NCBI RefSeq assembly: GCF_036588685.1
Contig: NC_086380.1
Location: 11,222,001-11,286,000 of the forward strand
Source: Mytilus trossulus
Taxonomy: Eukaryota
DNA: 64,000 nucleotides
Direction of reading: 5' to 3'
Made by a program: the position numbers and the translations under genes. The notes below the pieces were generated by a model. The model ran no database searches. It saw nothing but the letters and a program-made list of their open reading frames with translations, and was not told the origin of the DNA. Each line of letters starts with the position of its first letter. Position 1 is the first letter of the stretch. Below, one piece after another: positions 24,301 through 35,968 of this stretch.

Positions 24301-27300
24301 CTCTTAAATTATTGCTGTGACTAGGATGATAAATACTTACTGGGTCATGTGACACAAGTTCTCCAAGACAAACTAATGGACTGTCCATTTCATAAAACTT
24401 CAGCCATTTACCAACTTGCTCTTGAGTAGTCAGTGGTGTTTTAGAAAAATCAGGCTGAAAAAAACCAAAAAGGATTCAATTTATTGAATAGTACATGAGC
24501 CAAACAGATATGATTTACAAATCCTAAGATGAAAAAAGGCCTTTTAAGGTGTCAGGAGGAAATTCAAAATTGTAGTAAAGTAGGTCTCAATGTTTAAAGA
24601 ATACTGTGGATTCATTATTATTCGTTTGATATCAATTTTTGTGAATTTCATGGGTAAAGATGAACCATGAATTTAAATGTAAAACAAAATACAAATGGTC
24701 CATAGGCTTGTATGCAGACTTTGACATAAAATATTCAAGAAGTTGCAATGTTTACTGAATCCATGAAAAAAATGAATCCACAGTAAATGGGGAAAAATTA
24801 TGCCCCTCCTTGCATATACATTAGAGTTACAAAGGGACATAACTAGAGAACTGTGATGCCACTGAAACTCAAACTTGATCTGTGTTTTATAGTAATGAGT
24901 ATTGTGTATAAGTTTCATAACATTTGGTTGGGGGCAAACTTAATTTACAGAATGAAGGCACTGATTTTTTTTTGCTAATTTGTAAAGGTCCATAACCCAA
25001 AACATGCAAAGCTTATATATACAGAAAACTTGGACAGAGATTGAAAAAAGTGCATAATTCTATATACAAATACCATAATATGGAGGTTAGCTTTCCCCTT
25101 CTCCACCAGAAAGACGCCCCCTAGTGCCACAGGTTTGGTTCCATAATAACTGCCCAGGACCTTTCTAATACATGACATAAAGTTTTCTTCTCCAGTTCTC
25201 TTACTAGCCTTTACTTCTATCACCTAAAAAGAAACACAATCATGTCAGGTAAAACATGTTTATGAATGACAACAGTGTAAGGAACATAGTTTTATGGATA
25301 ATTGGCTGACATCTGATCTATACGTTTAAATTATTTCAGCCTATCACAATTAGTTCTACCGGTAATTCAAAATTGACCTGTTTTGTTTTTTAGCCATTAT
25401 TTTGTCATTCTCTTCAACATATGAGTTTTGATTTTCTTGTCTGTATTATCTTCATCTTTTCTTTTCAAGTCTATTTGCATTGCTGTGCATTGGCCTACAA
25501 CAAATGATTTATTAACTGTTATAAATTTATATTGCAGCAAAGAACAATTAATATGAACTGTTTCTGTGTTTATATCATGAATTATTCATGAAATAGTTTT
25601 GATTGGTGGTCAACTTTATTTTAGTCACCACACTAGCTTCAATAGACGACACCAAATACTATCTTGTATATATTTATGTGTATTGTATGACTTATGAAAC
25701 CACTACAAACCTTTCCTGGGTTACCATCACAACATAAAAAATTTCCCATCAAAGAAAATTCATTTTTGGTCAGTGTCTCTTGGATACACCCTCCATCCTT
25801 TCAAAGAAAAAAAAATAATAAAAAAAATATTTTAAGGTTATTGACAAAACATACAACACAAACATGGACCAATAATGATACTGCTTATTTTTTTCTTTTT
25901 CTTTTTCTGTTAGTTTACCAAAATGAACAGTTTTTTGGTTTGCTGGTTTCAATTTCTAAGTTTACCCCTGGAATTCAATTCAATGATATGACAACAACCA
26001 TATACTGTTATCTTTTTGGTTTTATTAAAAATCTGCTGCTTAAAATATAAAGACAGGAGTATAGGGTGTTACTTTAAATTCAGAAATTATTGCATGCCTT
26101 ATTATTGCGATTTCATCATTTGAGACTAAAATGTTATTTTAATTTTTGCGATGTTGAGAAAAATCCTCTATAATTCATCGTGAATTTTATTTTATATTAT
26201 TGCATTTTTAACCTTGTCACAGTTTTTGCAATAATAAAAACATTGCAATAATTTCCAATCTAATAAAAAAAAAATCCTTTAATTGCTCCTGTTCTGATAT
26301 GTCGCGCATCAAGGCTTGATGCACGACATATCAGAACAGGAGCAATTAAAGAATTTAATTTTAATTAGATTGAATAATTTCTGAATTTACAGCACATTTC
26401 AGATTTTCTAATCATACCTCTGTGCTAACTTTGGCAATGTGTGAATTCATAACAGCAACATTTCCAGACTTGTCCAACTTTACATCATTAATTAGCTAAA
26501 AATATAATTTTATGTTTTAAAACAGGCGTACATTTGATTGAATGATTGTTGGAGTTGGTATATCTTTGCTATTACTTGACTCATCTTCGTGGCTTAGTAA
26601 TAGAACTTGCCATTGGGAATTTTTTGTTGGCATTTTTACTTCTTCTAAATTATGTTGTAGTATCAAAAACATAGTCATGCCATTAATTATTATAATATTT
26701 TTTAAACTTGAGTTTTTCTTTAAAAACATTAATCAATTTCAAAAGAAAATCTATAAAGTAAAGTCATGTATACAAAATGATAATGAAACAAAGAGTAAAA
26801 AAGGTTATCTACAAATCATTTAATTATTATTTGTTGTTTCCTACTTAAATGTGTCCATCATCCAAGCATATTTTTTTACAATGAAATTTTTAACATTACA
26901 ACTATATTTAATGGGGGTAGGTCCAGTGTTGAATGATGATCTTGAACTTTGTGTGAAACAAAAAACTACAAAAAGTTGAAAATTAAAATCATAATACAAG
27001 AGTTGAAGATCTGATTACTGAGTACACCATAAGGATCAAAACTAAAGCTAAACTTTCCTACTCACCTCACAACAACATCCAATATGTCTATGAGGCCCTG
27101 CTCCTGCTCCAATCATAAATGCTCCAGGTAAATCTACCAACTCAGAAATCTGAGTAAATGTATAGACCTATAAACATAAACAGTTCAGAATTCAGATTAT
27201 TCTACAAACTCAGTAATCTGAGTAAATGTATAGACCTATAAACATAAACAGTTCAGAATTCAGATTATTCTACAAACTCAGTAATCTGAGTAAATGTATA

Positions 27301-30300
27301 GACCTATAAACATAAACAGTTCAGAATTCAGATTATTCTACCAACTCAGTAATCTGAGTAAATGTATAGACCTATATAACAGTTCAGATTATTCTACCAA
27401 CTCAGCAATCTGAGTAAATGTATAGATCTGAAAACATAAACAGTTCAGATTATTCTACCAACTCAGCAATCTGAGTAAATGTATAGATCTGAAAACATAA
27501 ACAGTTCAGATTATTCTACCAACTCAGCAATCTGAGTAAATGTATAGATCTGAAAACATAAACAGTTCACATTATTCTACCAACTCAGCAATCTGAGTAA
27601 ATGTATAGACCTGAAAACTTAAACAGTTCAGATTATTCTACCAACTCAGCAATCTGAGTAAATGTATAGACCTGAAAACTTAAACAGTTCAGATTATTCT
27701 ACCAACTCAGCAATCTGAGTAAATGTATAGATCTGAAAACATAAACAGTTCAGATTATTCTACCAACTCAGCAATCTGAGTAAATGTATAGATCTGAAAA
27801 CATAAACAGTTCAGATTATTCTACCAACTCAGCAATCTGAGTAAATGTATAGATCTGAAAACATAAACAGTTCAGATTATTCTACCAACTCAGCAATCTG
27901 AGTAAATGTATAGACCTGAAAACATAAACAGTTCAGATTATTCTACCAACTCAGCAATCTGAGTAAATGTATAGATCTGAAAACATAAACAGTTCAGATT
28001 ATTCTACCAACTCAGCAATCTGAGTAAATGTATAGACCTGAAAACATAAACAGTTCAGATTATTCTACCAACTCAGCAATCTGAGTAAATGTATAGATCT
28101 GAAAACATAAACAGTTCAGATTATTCTACCAACTCAGCAATCTGAGTAAATGTATAGACCTGAAAACATAAACAGTTCAGATTATTCTACCAACTCAGCA
28201 ATCTGAGTAAATGTATAGATCTGAAAACATAAACAGTTCAGATTATTCTACCAACTCAGCAATCTGAGTAAATGTATAGACCTGAAAACTTAAACAGTTC
28301 AGATTATTCTACCAACTCAGCAATCTGAGTAAATGTATAGATCTGAAAACTTAAACAGTTCAGATTATTCTACCAACTCAGCAATCTGAGTAAATGTATA
28401 GACCTGAAAACTTAAACAGTTCAGATTATTCTACCAACTCAGCAATCTGAGTAAATGTATAGATCTGAAAACATAAACAGTTCAGATTATTCTACCAACT
28501 CAGCAATCTGAGTAAATGTATAGACCTGAAAACATAAACAGTTCAGATTATTCTACCAACTCAGCAATCTGAGTAAATGTATAGATCTGAAAACATAAAC
28601 AGTTCAGATTATTCTACCAACTCAGCAATCTGAGTAAATGTATAGACCTGAAAACATAAACAGTTCACATTATTCTACCAACTCAGCAATCTGAGTAAAT
28701 GTATAGATCTGAAAACATAAACAGTTCAGATTATTCTACCAACTCAGCAATCTGAGTAAATGTATAGATCTGAAAACATAAACAGTTCAGATTATTCTAC
28801 CAACTCAGCAATCTGAGTAAATGTATAGACCTGAAAACATAAACAGTTCAGATTATTCTACCAACTCAGCAATCTGAGTAAATGTATAGATCTGAAAACA
28901 TAAACAGTTCAGATTATTCTACCAACTCAGCAATCTGAGTAAATGTATAGATCTGAAAACATAAACAGTTCACATTATTCTACCAACTCAGCAATCTGAG
29001 TAAATGTATAGATCTGAAAACATAAACAGTTCAGATTATTCTACCAACTCAGCAATCTGAGTAAATGTATAGACCTGAAAACATAAACAGTTCAGATTAT
29101 TCTACCAACTCAGCAATCTGAGTAAATGTATAGATCTGAAAACATAAACAGTTCAGATTATTCTACCAACTCAGCAATCTGAGTAAATGTATAGATCTGA
29201 AAACATAAACAGTTCACATTATTCTACCAACTCAGCAATCTGAGTAAATGTATAGATCTGAAAACATAAACAGTTCACATTATTCTACCAACTCAGCAAT
29301 CTGAGTAAATGTATAGATCTGAAAACATAAACAGTTCAGATTATTCTACCAACTCAGCAATCTGAGTAAATGTATAGATCTGAAAACATAAACAGTTCAG
29401 ATTATTCTACCAACTCAGCAATCTGAGTAAATGTATAGACCTGAAAACATAAACAGTTCAGATTATTCTACCAACTCAGCAATCTGAGTAAATGTATAGA
29501 TCTGAAAACATAAACAGTTCAGATTATTCTACCAACTCAGCAATCTGAGTAAATGTATAGATCTGAAAACATAAACAGTTCAGATTATTCTACCAACTCA
29601 GCAATCTGAGTAAATGTATAGATCTGAAAACATAAACAGTTCAGATTATTCTACCAACTCAGCAATCTGAGTAAATGTATAGATCTGAAAACATAAACAG
29701 TTCAGATTATTCTACCAACTCAGCAATCTGAGTAAATGTATAGACCTGAAAACATAAACAGTTCAGATTATTCTACCAACTCAGCAATCTGAGTAAATGT
29801 ATAGATCTGAAAACATAAACAGTTCAGATTATTCTACCAACTCAGCAATCTGAGTAAATGTATAGATCTGAAAACATAAACAGTTCAGATTATTCTACCA
29901 ACTCAGCAATCTGAGTAAATGTATAGACCTGAAAACATAAACAGTTCACATTATTCTACCAACTCAGCAATCTGAGTAAATGTATAGATCTGAAAACATA
30001 AACAGTTCAGATTATTCTACCAACTCAGCAATCTGAGTAAATGTATAGACCTGAAAACATAAACAGTTCAGATTATTCTACCAACTCAGCAATCTGAGTA
30101 AATGTATAGATCTGAAAACATAAACAGTTCAGATTATTCTACCAACTCAGCAATCTGAGTAAATGTATAGATCTGAAAACATAAACAGTTCAGATTATTC
30201 TACCAACTCAGCAATCTGAGTAAATGTATAGATCTGAAAACATAAACAGTTCAGATTATTCTACCAACTCAGCAATCTGAGTAAATGTATAGATCTGAAA

Positions 30301-33300
30301 ACATAAACAGTTCAGATTATTCTACCAACTCAGCAATCTGAGTAAATGTATAGACCTGAAAACATAAACAGTTCAGATTATTCTACCAACTCAGCAATCT
30401 GAGTAAATGTATAGACCTGAAAACATAAACAGTTCAGATTATTCTACCAACTCAGCAATCTGAGTAAATGTATAGATCTGAAAACATAAACAGTTCAGAT
30501 TATTCTACCAACTCAGCAATCTGAGTAAATGTATAGATCTGAAAACATAAACAGTTCAGATTATTCTACCAACTCAGCAATCTGAGTAAATGTATAGATC
30601 TGAAAACATAAACAGTTCAGATTATTCTACCAACTCAGCAATCTGAGTAAATGTATAGATCTGAAAACATAAACAGTTCACATTATTCTTACAAATTGAA
30701 GCAATTTAATTGATAAAAATGTGTAAATTTGGAAAACAGATTTTTTTTTATCACAGGTACACAATATGCAATTCCAACAATTCAGAAATGCATGATTTCA
30801 TATTGTACATTGTTGTTTTGGGTAGATATCTGTCAAAGGTCATCATGACCTTACAGCCTTTGTAAATAGGTTATGTCAAGGTACAAGGACATTATTTCTC
30901 ATGAAACTGATTTTAAAGCACTTTATGGAAATAATTTAAGCATTATATATTAAGAGAATAATAATGCATTAAGGGGAACCGTGGGTCTAAATCTTTTTTT
31001 TTTTACTTAATATAGGATTTCGCTATATTTTTCTATATATGAACTTTATCTTATACTTAATAGAAAAATGAAATAAAAAAAAATGGGGTCACCGTTCATT
31101 TATGCTCACAATCTGCCTACGAAAAATGTCCTTTTTTTCTTTTGAATTAATAGGGGAAAAAGCTGAATATCGAGAAAAAAAAACAACTAAATTACAGAAA
31201 TCGCTTAAATTTTACAGTTATTTAGTTTAAGTACAGCTTATTCAAAATCAACAATAAAAAATATAGGTCACCTATGAGTTAAAAAAGATATTTTAATTTT
31301 ATTGCCAAAATATGGCATGTATACACCAAAGGAAGATAATCATGAGTTTGACTGTCCCTTTGGTATCTTTCGTTCCTCTTTTGAAGCTTTTTCAATGATA
31401 TCTACATTTTAAAAGTCACATGGGGCCCTCACAAATTGATTGCATGGAATGATTTTTGTGCCATATGATAAAGTAACAAAATCTAAAGGTAATAAATAAA
31501 ATTTGTAATGAAAAAAAAATGTTTATTTTTTTTCTGAAAATCTTATACCCGTGAGCCTCCTCAATGGTAATGCTGAAATTGGGAAAGTGTACCTATCGTG
31601 ATACAAATCCATAAACTGACAATGAAAAACGTCAATAAATGTTTATAAAAAGTATCCAGTTTTGAGGCACAAACTCCAGCTGAAAATTTTCAACTCTCTA
31701 GTTGTTACAAGACAACTCTGTCACATGTATGTTATAATGTTATTATGTGTGTACCTTGTTAAGTTGTGGCAATGGTGTCAGATAGGGAGGTCCACCAATG
31801 TCAGCAAGCCTAGGGTTTCCATTCAAACCTGTTCAAAAATGTTTTAATAAAATATATAGAAAATTGAAACTTTACAACTTTCATCTTAAATTACACAATT
31901 GCACTGTTTTTGCTATTGCTGAATCTGATACATCAAATTACCTTGTAATTATGGCAGACCAGAAAACAGTTTAAACCACATTTATCTCATCATTTCTTAG
32001 GTTAGTCTTACCCATGGATTATTTTTCCAAAACAAGTTTCAAATGATCAATCCAACTTACAATCTCTATTGATTGCTTTTATTTTCTTGTAAATTTTGGG
32101 TTGTTATTGATGAGTCTATGTAACATGAAGATTTAACTGGTGATTATAGACCATACAGTGTCTTGGTTTGTTATTAATGATCATATGTATTATGGAGATT
32201 TAACTGGTTATCATAAATCTTTTAGTGTTTGTTATTGATGAGTCTATGTATCATAAAGATTTACCTGGTGCTGAAAGCCCATAAGGTTTCTGTGTCAGAT
32301 CAGGACAATCCACAACATTCACACTGACTGTTGAGAAATTCTTCTCTAAACCATCAGTCAATACTACAAAAAAAAGATAAGTATTCATCAAGTACAATTG
32401 ACCCCTTAAGGAGTTATTGCCCTTTAATGACAATTTGACACAATATGTTTATCATTTTTTCTAACTTTAAATAATCTTCTCCTTTGAAACTTTTGAACCA
32501 AATTAAACCAAACTTAAGAAAAATGATTATTTTGTTAAATCTAGAATACAGTTTATGTTTTATTTCCATTTTCCTCAGAGACATGGCAGCCATGGCTAAA
32601 AATAAAACATAGGGTAAACTGCAGTTCTTTAACTTATATCTCAAAAACTAAAGCATTTAGAGAAAATCAGACAAAAAGGTGAAGGACAATTTATTCATTA
32701 GATCAAAGTCTACCTGCCCTGAAATTATTAGCAAAATCTAAAGAAGTGTAAGGCAGCAACCATTTGATTTTCTTGGGTGGGTGGGTGGGGGGGGGGGGGG
32801 CTATGTTTTTTTTGGAAAAAAAAGTGTTTCCAGTTTTGGAGAAAAAAATAATTTGTTTTATAATCTGAGAAAAAAAATTGTTTGTTCCACCCTAAGCTGC
32901 AACTATATGTAATGCGACAGTTGAAAGAAAAAAAAGAGCTTTATTTCCAGAGTAGAGCATAGTCCTACTTATTTTTTATCATACAAAATGGCCTTGTTAT
33001 TTATGAACAATATGCAGAACAGGCGCTTACCGCATTGACCCATATATATTTTATATTTTTTGTGCTTTCAAAAATAGGGAGGTAGAAAAAGGGGGTCCAT
33101 GACAAACGCCTGTAATAGCAAAGGACACCAGAAAGAGTAAGCTTACAAATGTATTGAAAGAATTTTCTAAATGTCCGATCGGTCTATTCTCAACTTCTTA
33201 AAGTGCATAAATACACATGTTTTCAACCTACACATAACACGTACTATATTTTGACCTTAGTGAAAACGTATCTGAAATGAACATTTTCATTATATTTCAC

Positions 33301-33370
33301 CTTTCGCAACTTCTTCCATAGCTGGAACATGCATATCTGCCTTTTTCACGGGTATACTTTGCGATGACAT
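21380..33370 (-). CDS. C11orf54: Ester hydrolase C11orf54 / PTD012 homolog (DUF1907), 9 exons, 314 aa
   Basis: Exons 33370-33301, 32363-32265, 31828-31755, 27167-27066, 26495-26418, 25797-25711, 25223-25074, 24454-24341, 21550-21380 total 945 nt in frame. Motifs VVDCPDLTQKP, LPGAFMIGAGAGP, GKVIEVKASKRTG, WLKFYEM and Zn-binding EHFHCYSEHGQGGHYH. Confidence 0.96.
21894..24176. mobile_element. ~2.3 kb non-autonomous PIF/Harbinger-like element, with a nested foldback at 22651-22818
   Basis: Imperfect TIRs ggccacaattaaaa...gtttcccc / ggggaaac...tttttattttggcc; TCA directly outside both ends; related left end at ~58259. Confidence 0.6.
24602..24785. mobile_element. TA-flanked MITE, ctgtggattcatt family
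   Basis: Same TIRs and similar interior as 21170-21364. Confidence 0.75.
26256..26372. mobile_element. 117-bp hairpin element with 9-bp TSD (Mutator-like), nested in an older MITE (26070-26394)
   Basis: Near-perfect palindrome caatctaat...tcaaggcttga...attagattg flanked by aataatttc at 26247-26255 and 26373-26381. Confidence 0.8.
27133..30689. repeat. 61-bp tandem array (~58 units) derived from the C11orf54 intron 3/exon 4 junction
   Basis: Unit tctaccaactcagcaatctgagtaaatgtatagatctgaaaacataaacagttcagattat; shifts 1 nt per 60-nt line; the first unit overlaps the real exon; the first three units are 68 bp. Confidence 0.97.
30973..31560. mobile_element. Degenerate TTAA-type (Kolobok-like) non-autonomous element
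   Basis: ttaa-ggggaaccgtgggtcta ... tatacccgtgagcctcc-tcaa, imperfect TIRs. Confidence 0.45.
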
Positions 33371-34300
33371 CTTTTTAGCTGCTCGTGTATTTTACAAGAA
33401 ACTATGTACTTAGTGGGCTGTTTCTGTTATCGTAGTGATGATTAGAGTTATCGTCCATAAAACTGGGCATTACGAAAAGCTGGAAGTCGTTCATTCCATG
33501 CCAACTCTGAAACACGGAATAGATAAATCGGAAATCCTATATATCTTCCACCTAGCATATAGAAAACCACTACGGTACCTAGAACAATAGACAAGTGAAT
33601 TTACAAGCGATTCAATTTACTTAGGGTCAGGACAATTTTTTAGTCCCCCTTTTTTTTCCATATTCAGTGATTTTTTTTTAAAACAATTTCAATTAATTCC
33701 ATGTTTTTCTTCATTTAACATGTTATATATGAACACAAATATATGCGAAATTACATTTTTTTTGCTATGTACTATCAATTCCAAGTTTTCTATCCACAGC
33801 GTTCACAGTGTAGATGTAGTATATATAATTTGGGGGCGGGGGGCGGGGTCATAATTGAAAAATCAAATTGAGATTAAACAAAATATCAGATATTGGCATG
33901 AGGTATGAAAGGGCTGAAAAAATAGTCTTGATCCCAATTGCCTTTTGATGTAATAAGATTACAAAAATTCATACTATGCATGCGTTTTAAATGGAAAGTG
34001 TGAAGTCATGATGCCATGATTCCGTTTACAGCATTAAACCGGCTATAATTCGAATCACAAATCTTCAGAGTGTTCCTTATAATTCTTAACAATATGTTTT
34101 TTTTCAAAAATATACCTAGGGAAAAGTAAAAACACAAAAATAGGGAATGATGGTGTTATAGATTATAAAGAAAAAAAAGAGTACTAATAAAGATGTGCTT
34201 TAATGTAATGTATAAAAGGTACATTATTGCTTAATTAGTTGTTGTTTACTTAACGTCCAGTGAGAAATATTTGTATGCATAATCAGGACGGAAATAAATA

Positions 34301-34778
34301 AAACAAGTGGAACTGAGAGCTACTGCTCACTGATGATACCCCTGCCGCAAGTGCATAATATTAATAGTGTAAAAATATGCAAGTCTTCGGTAAACAGGAA
34401 GTTGTCGAGTGATGAATCTGAAAAAGCATCACACGGTATAGCTGACTTATATAAATCATGAAACCAAATTTCAGAAATCCTTGTATTGTAGTTCCTGAGA
34501 AAAATGTGACGAAAATTTTCAACTTGGCTATCATGTCTAAAATCATACAAGTGTTCGGTAAACAGGGAGTTGTCAAGTGATCAATCTGAAAACGCATCAC
34601 ACGGTATAGCTGACTTAGATAAACCCTGAAACCAAATTTCAGAAATCCTTGTATTGTAGTTCCTGAGAAAAATAAGACGAAAAATATTCATGGGACGGAC
34701 GGACTGACTGACAGACTGACGGAAGGAGAGACAGAGGTAAAACAGTATACCCCCCTTTTTTAAAGCGGGGGTATAAAA
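34301..34778 (+). mobile_element. Helentron/HINE (DINE-1/pearl-like) non-autonomous element
   Basis: aaacaag start, two ~170-bp internal repeats, (ggac/tgac)n microsatellite, terminal hairpin ataccccc-ttttttaaa-gcgggggtat. Confidence 0.7.
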
Positions 34779-35968
34779 ATGACATATACCGGTAATACAT
34801 TAAGTAGGGTATGTATAGTTATCAAAGGTACCAGGAATGTCCAGGATTATAATTTAGTACGCCAGACGCGCTTTTCGTCTACATAAAATATGCAAGAAAG
34901 GGGTTTTACCGGGATAAAGGCAGAAAATATGGACTGTCTCATGGCCACTCATACCACATCTTTTCATCTACAAATATGCCACTGTTAAATAAAATTGAGA
35001 ATGGAAATGGGGGCGTGTCAAAGAGACAACAACTGCCGAAGCAACCAAAGGGTCTTCAATGCAGCGAGACACTCCCGCACCCGGAGAAGTCATTCAGCTG
35101 ACCCCAAAACAAATATGTATACCAGTTTAGTGCCAATAAACGTCATACTAAACTCCGAATTATACACAAGAAACTAAAAATCAAAATCATTCGAGTCTAA
35201 CAAAAACCAGAGGCTCCTAACTTGGGACAAGCGCAAAAATGCGGCGGGGTCAAACAGTTTTTCTAAGATCTCAGCACTCCCCCCTATACATCGAGCTAAT
35301 ATAGAACAATAAAACAAACAATTCGCATGTAGTAAAATCAGTAGATCAGAAGTCCGGGTCCGACGTCAGAAAAGGTAACAATTTGTCAAAAGAAACTAAA
35401 CAAAATGACAATTATACATAAATTAACTAAAGGAAGGTATGTTTGATATAGGAAATGAGAAATTTGTATTGTAACTGACCACGTACGGACTTCTCATCAG
35501 ATATGCAGAGAGTTTTTTCGTTTTTTTTTTTATAACACACAGAGAGCTTGACACTATTTTTACACGAGGCTTCGAATTGAACCGTTACATTCAGACCTGA
35601 CAAGGCTGCATATTAATAATTTCCTCACAGCCAAACGGACGCATATTCTAGCAAAATATTAGTTATGACGAGCTGGCAATAATTTTATACCACATTCTAT
35701 TCTAGAAAAAAGAAATATCAAGTCATGCAAATAACAAACATGCATAGAGAAACATTGACTTATAAATGAAAAATAAAGAGTAACTAAGAAATATATATGA
35801 ACCTGTGGCTTCTTTTGAATATATTTATAAACATCGATTTAAATTTCCCCCGCTTCTAATCTTTACCAATGAGAAGGCGCTTAATTATACATGACATAAT
35901 ATTACATTTAAATAAGTCAGATAAACAAGTTCAATACACATAACTCCATTATACACATACATGTAAAC

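Noticed and set aside
27133-30689. CRISPR-like appearance of the 61-bp array
   Set aside because: No unique spacers and no cas genes; eukaryotic intron; the unit derives from the host exon junction.
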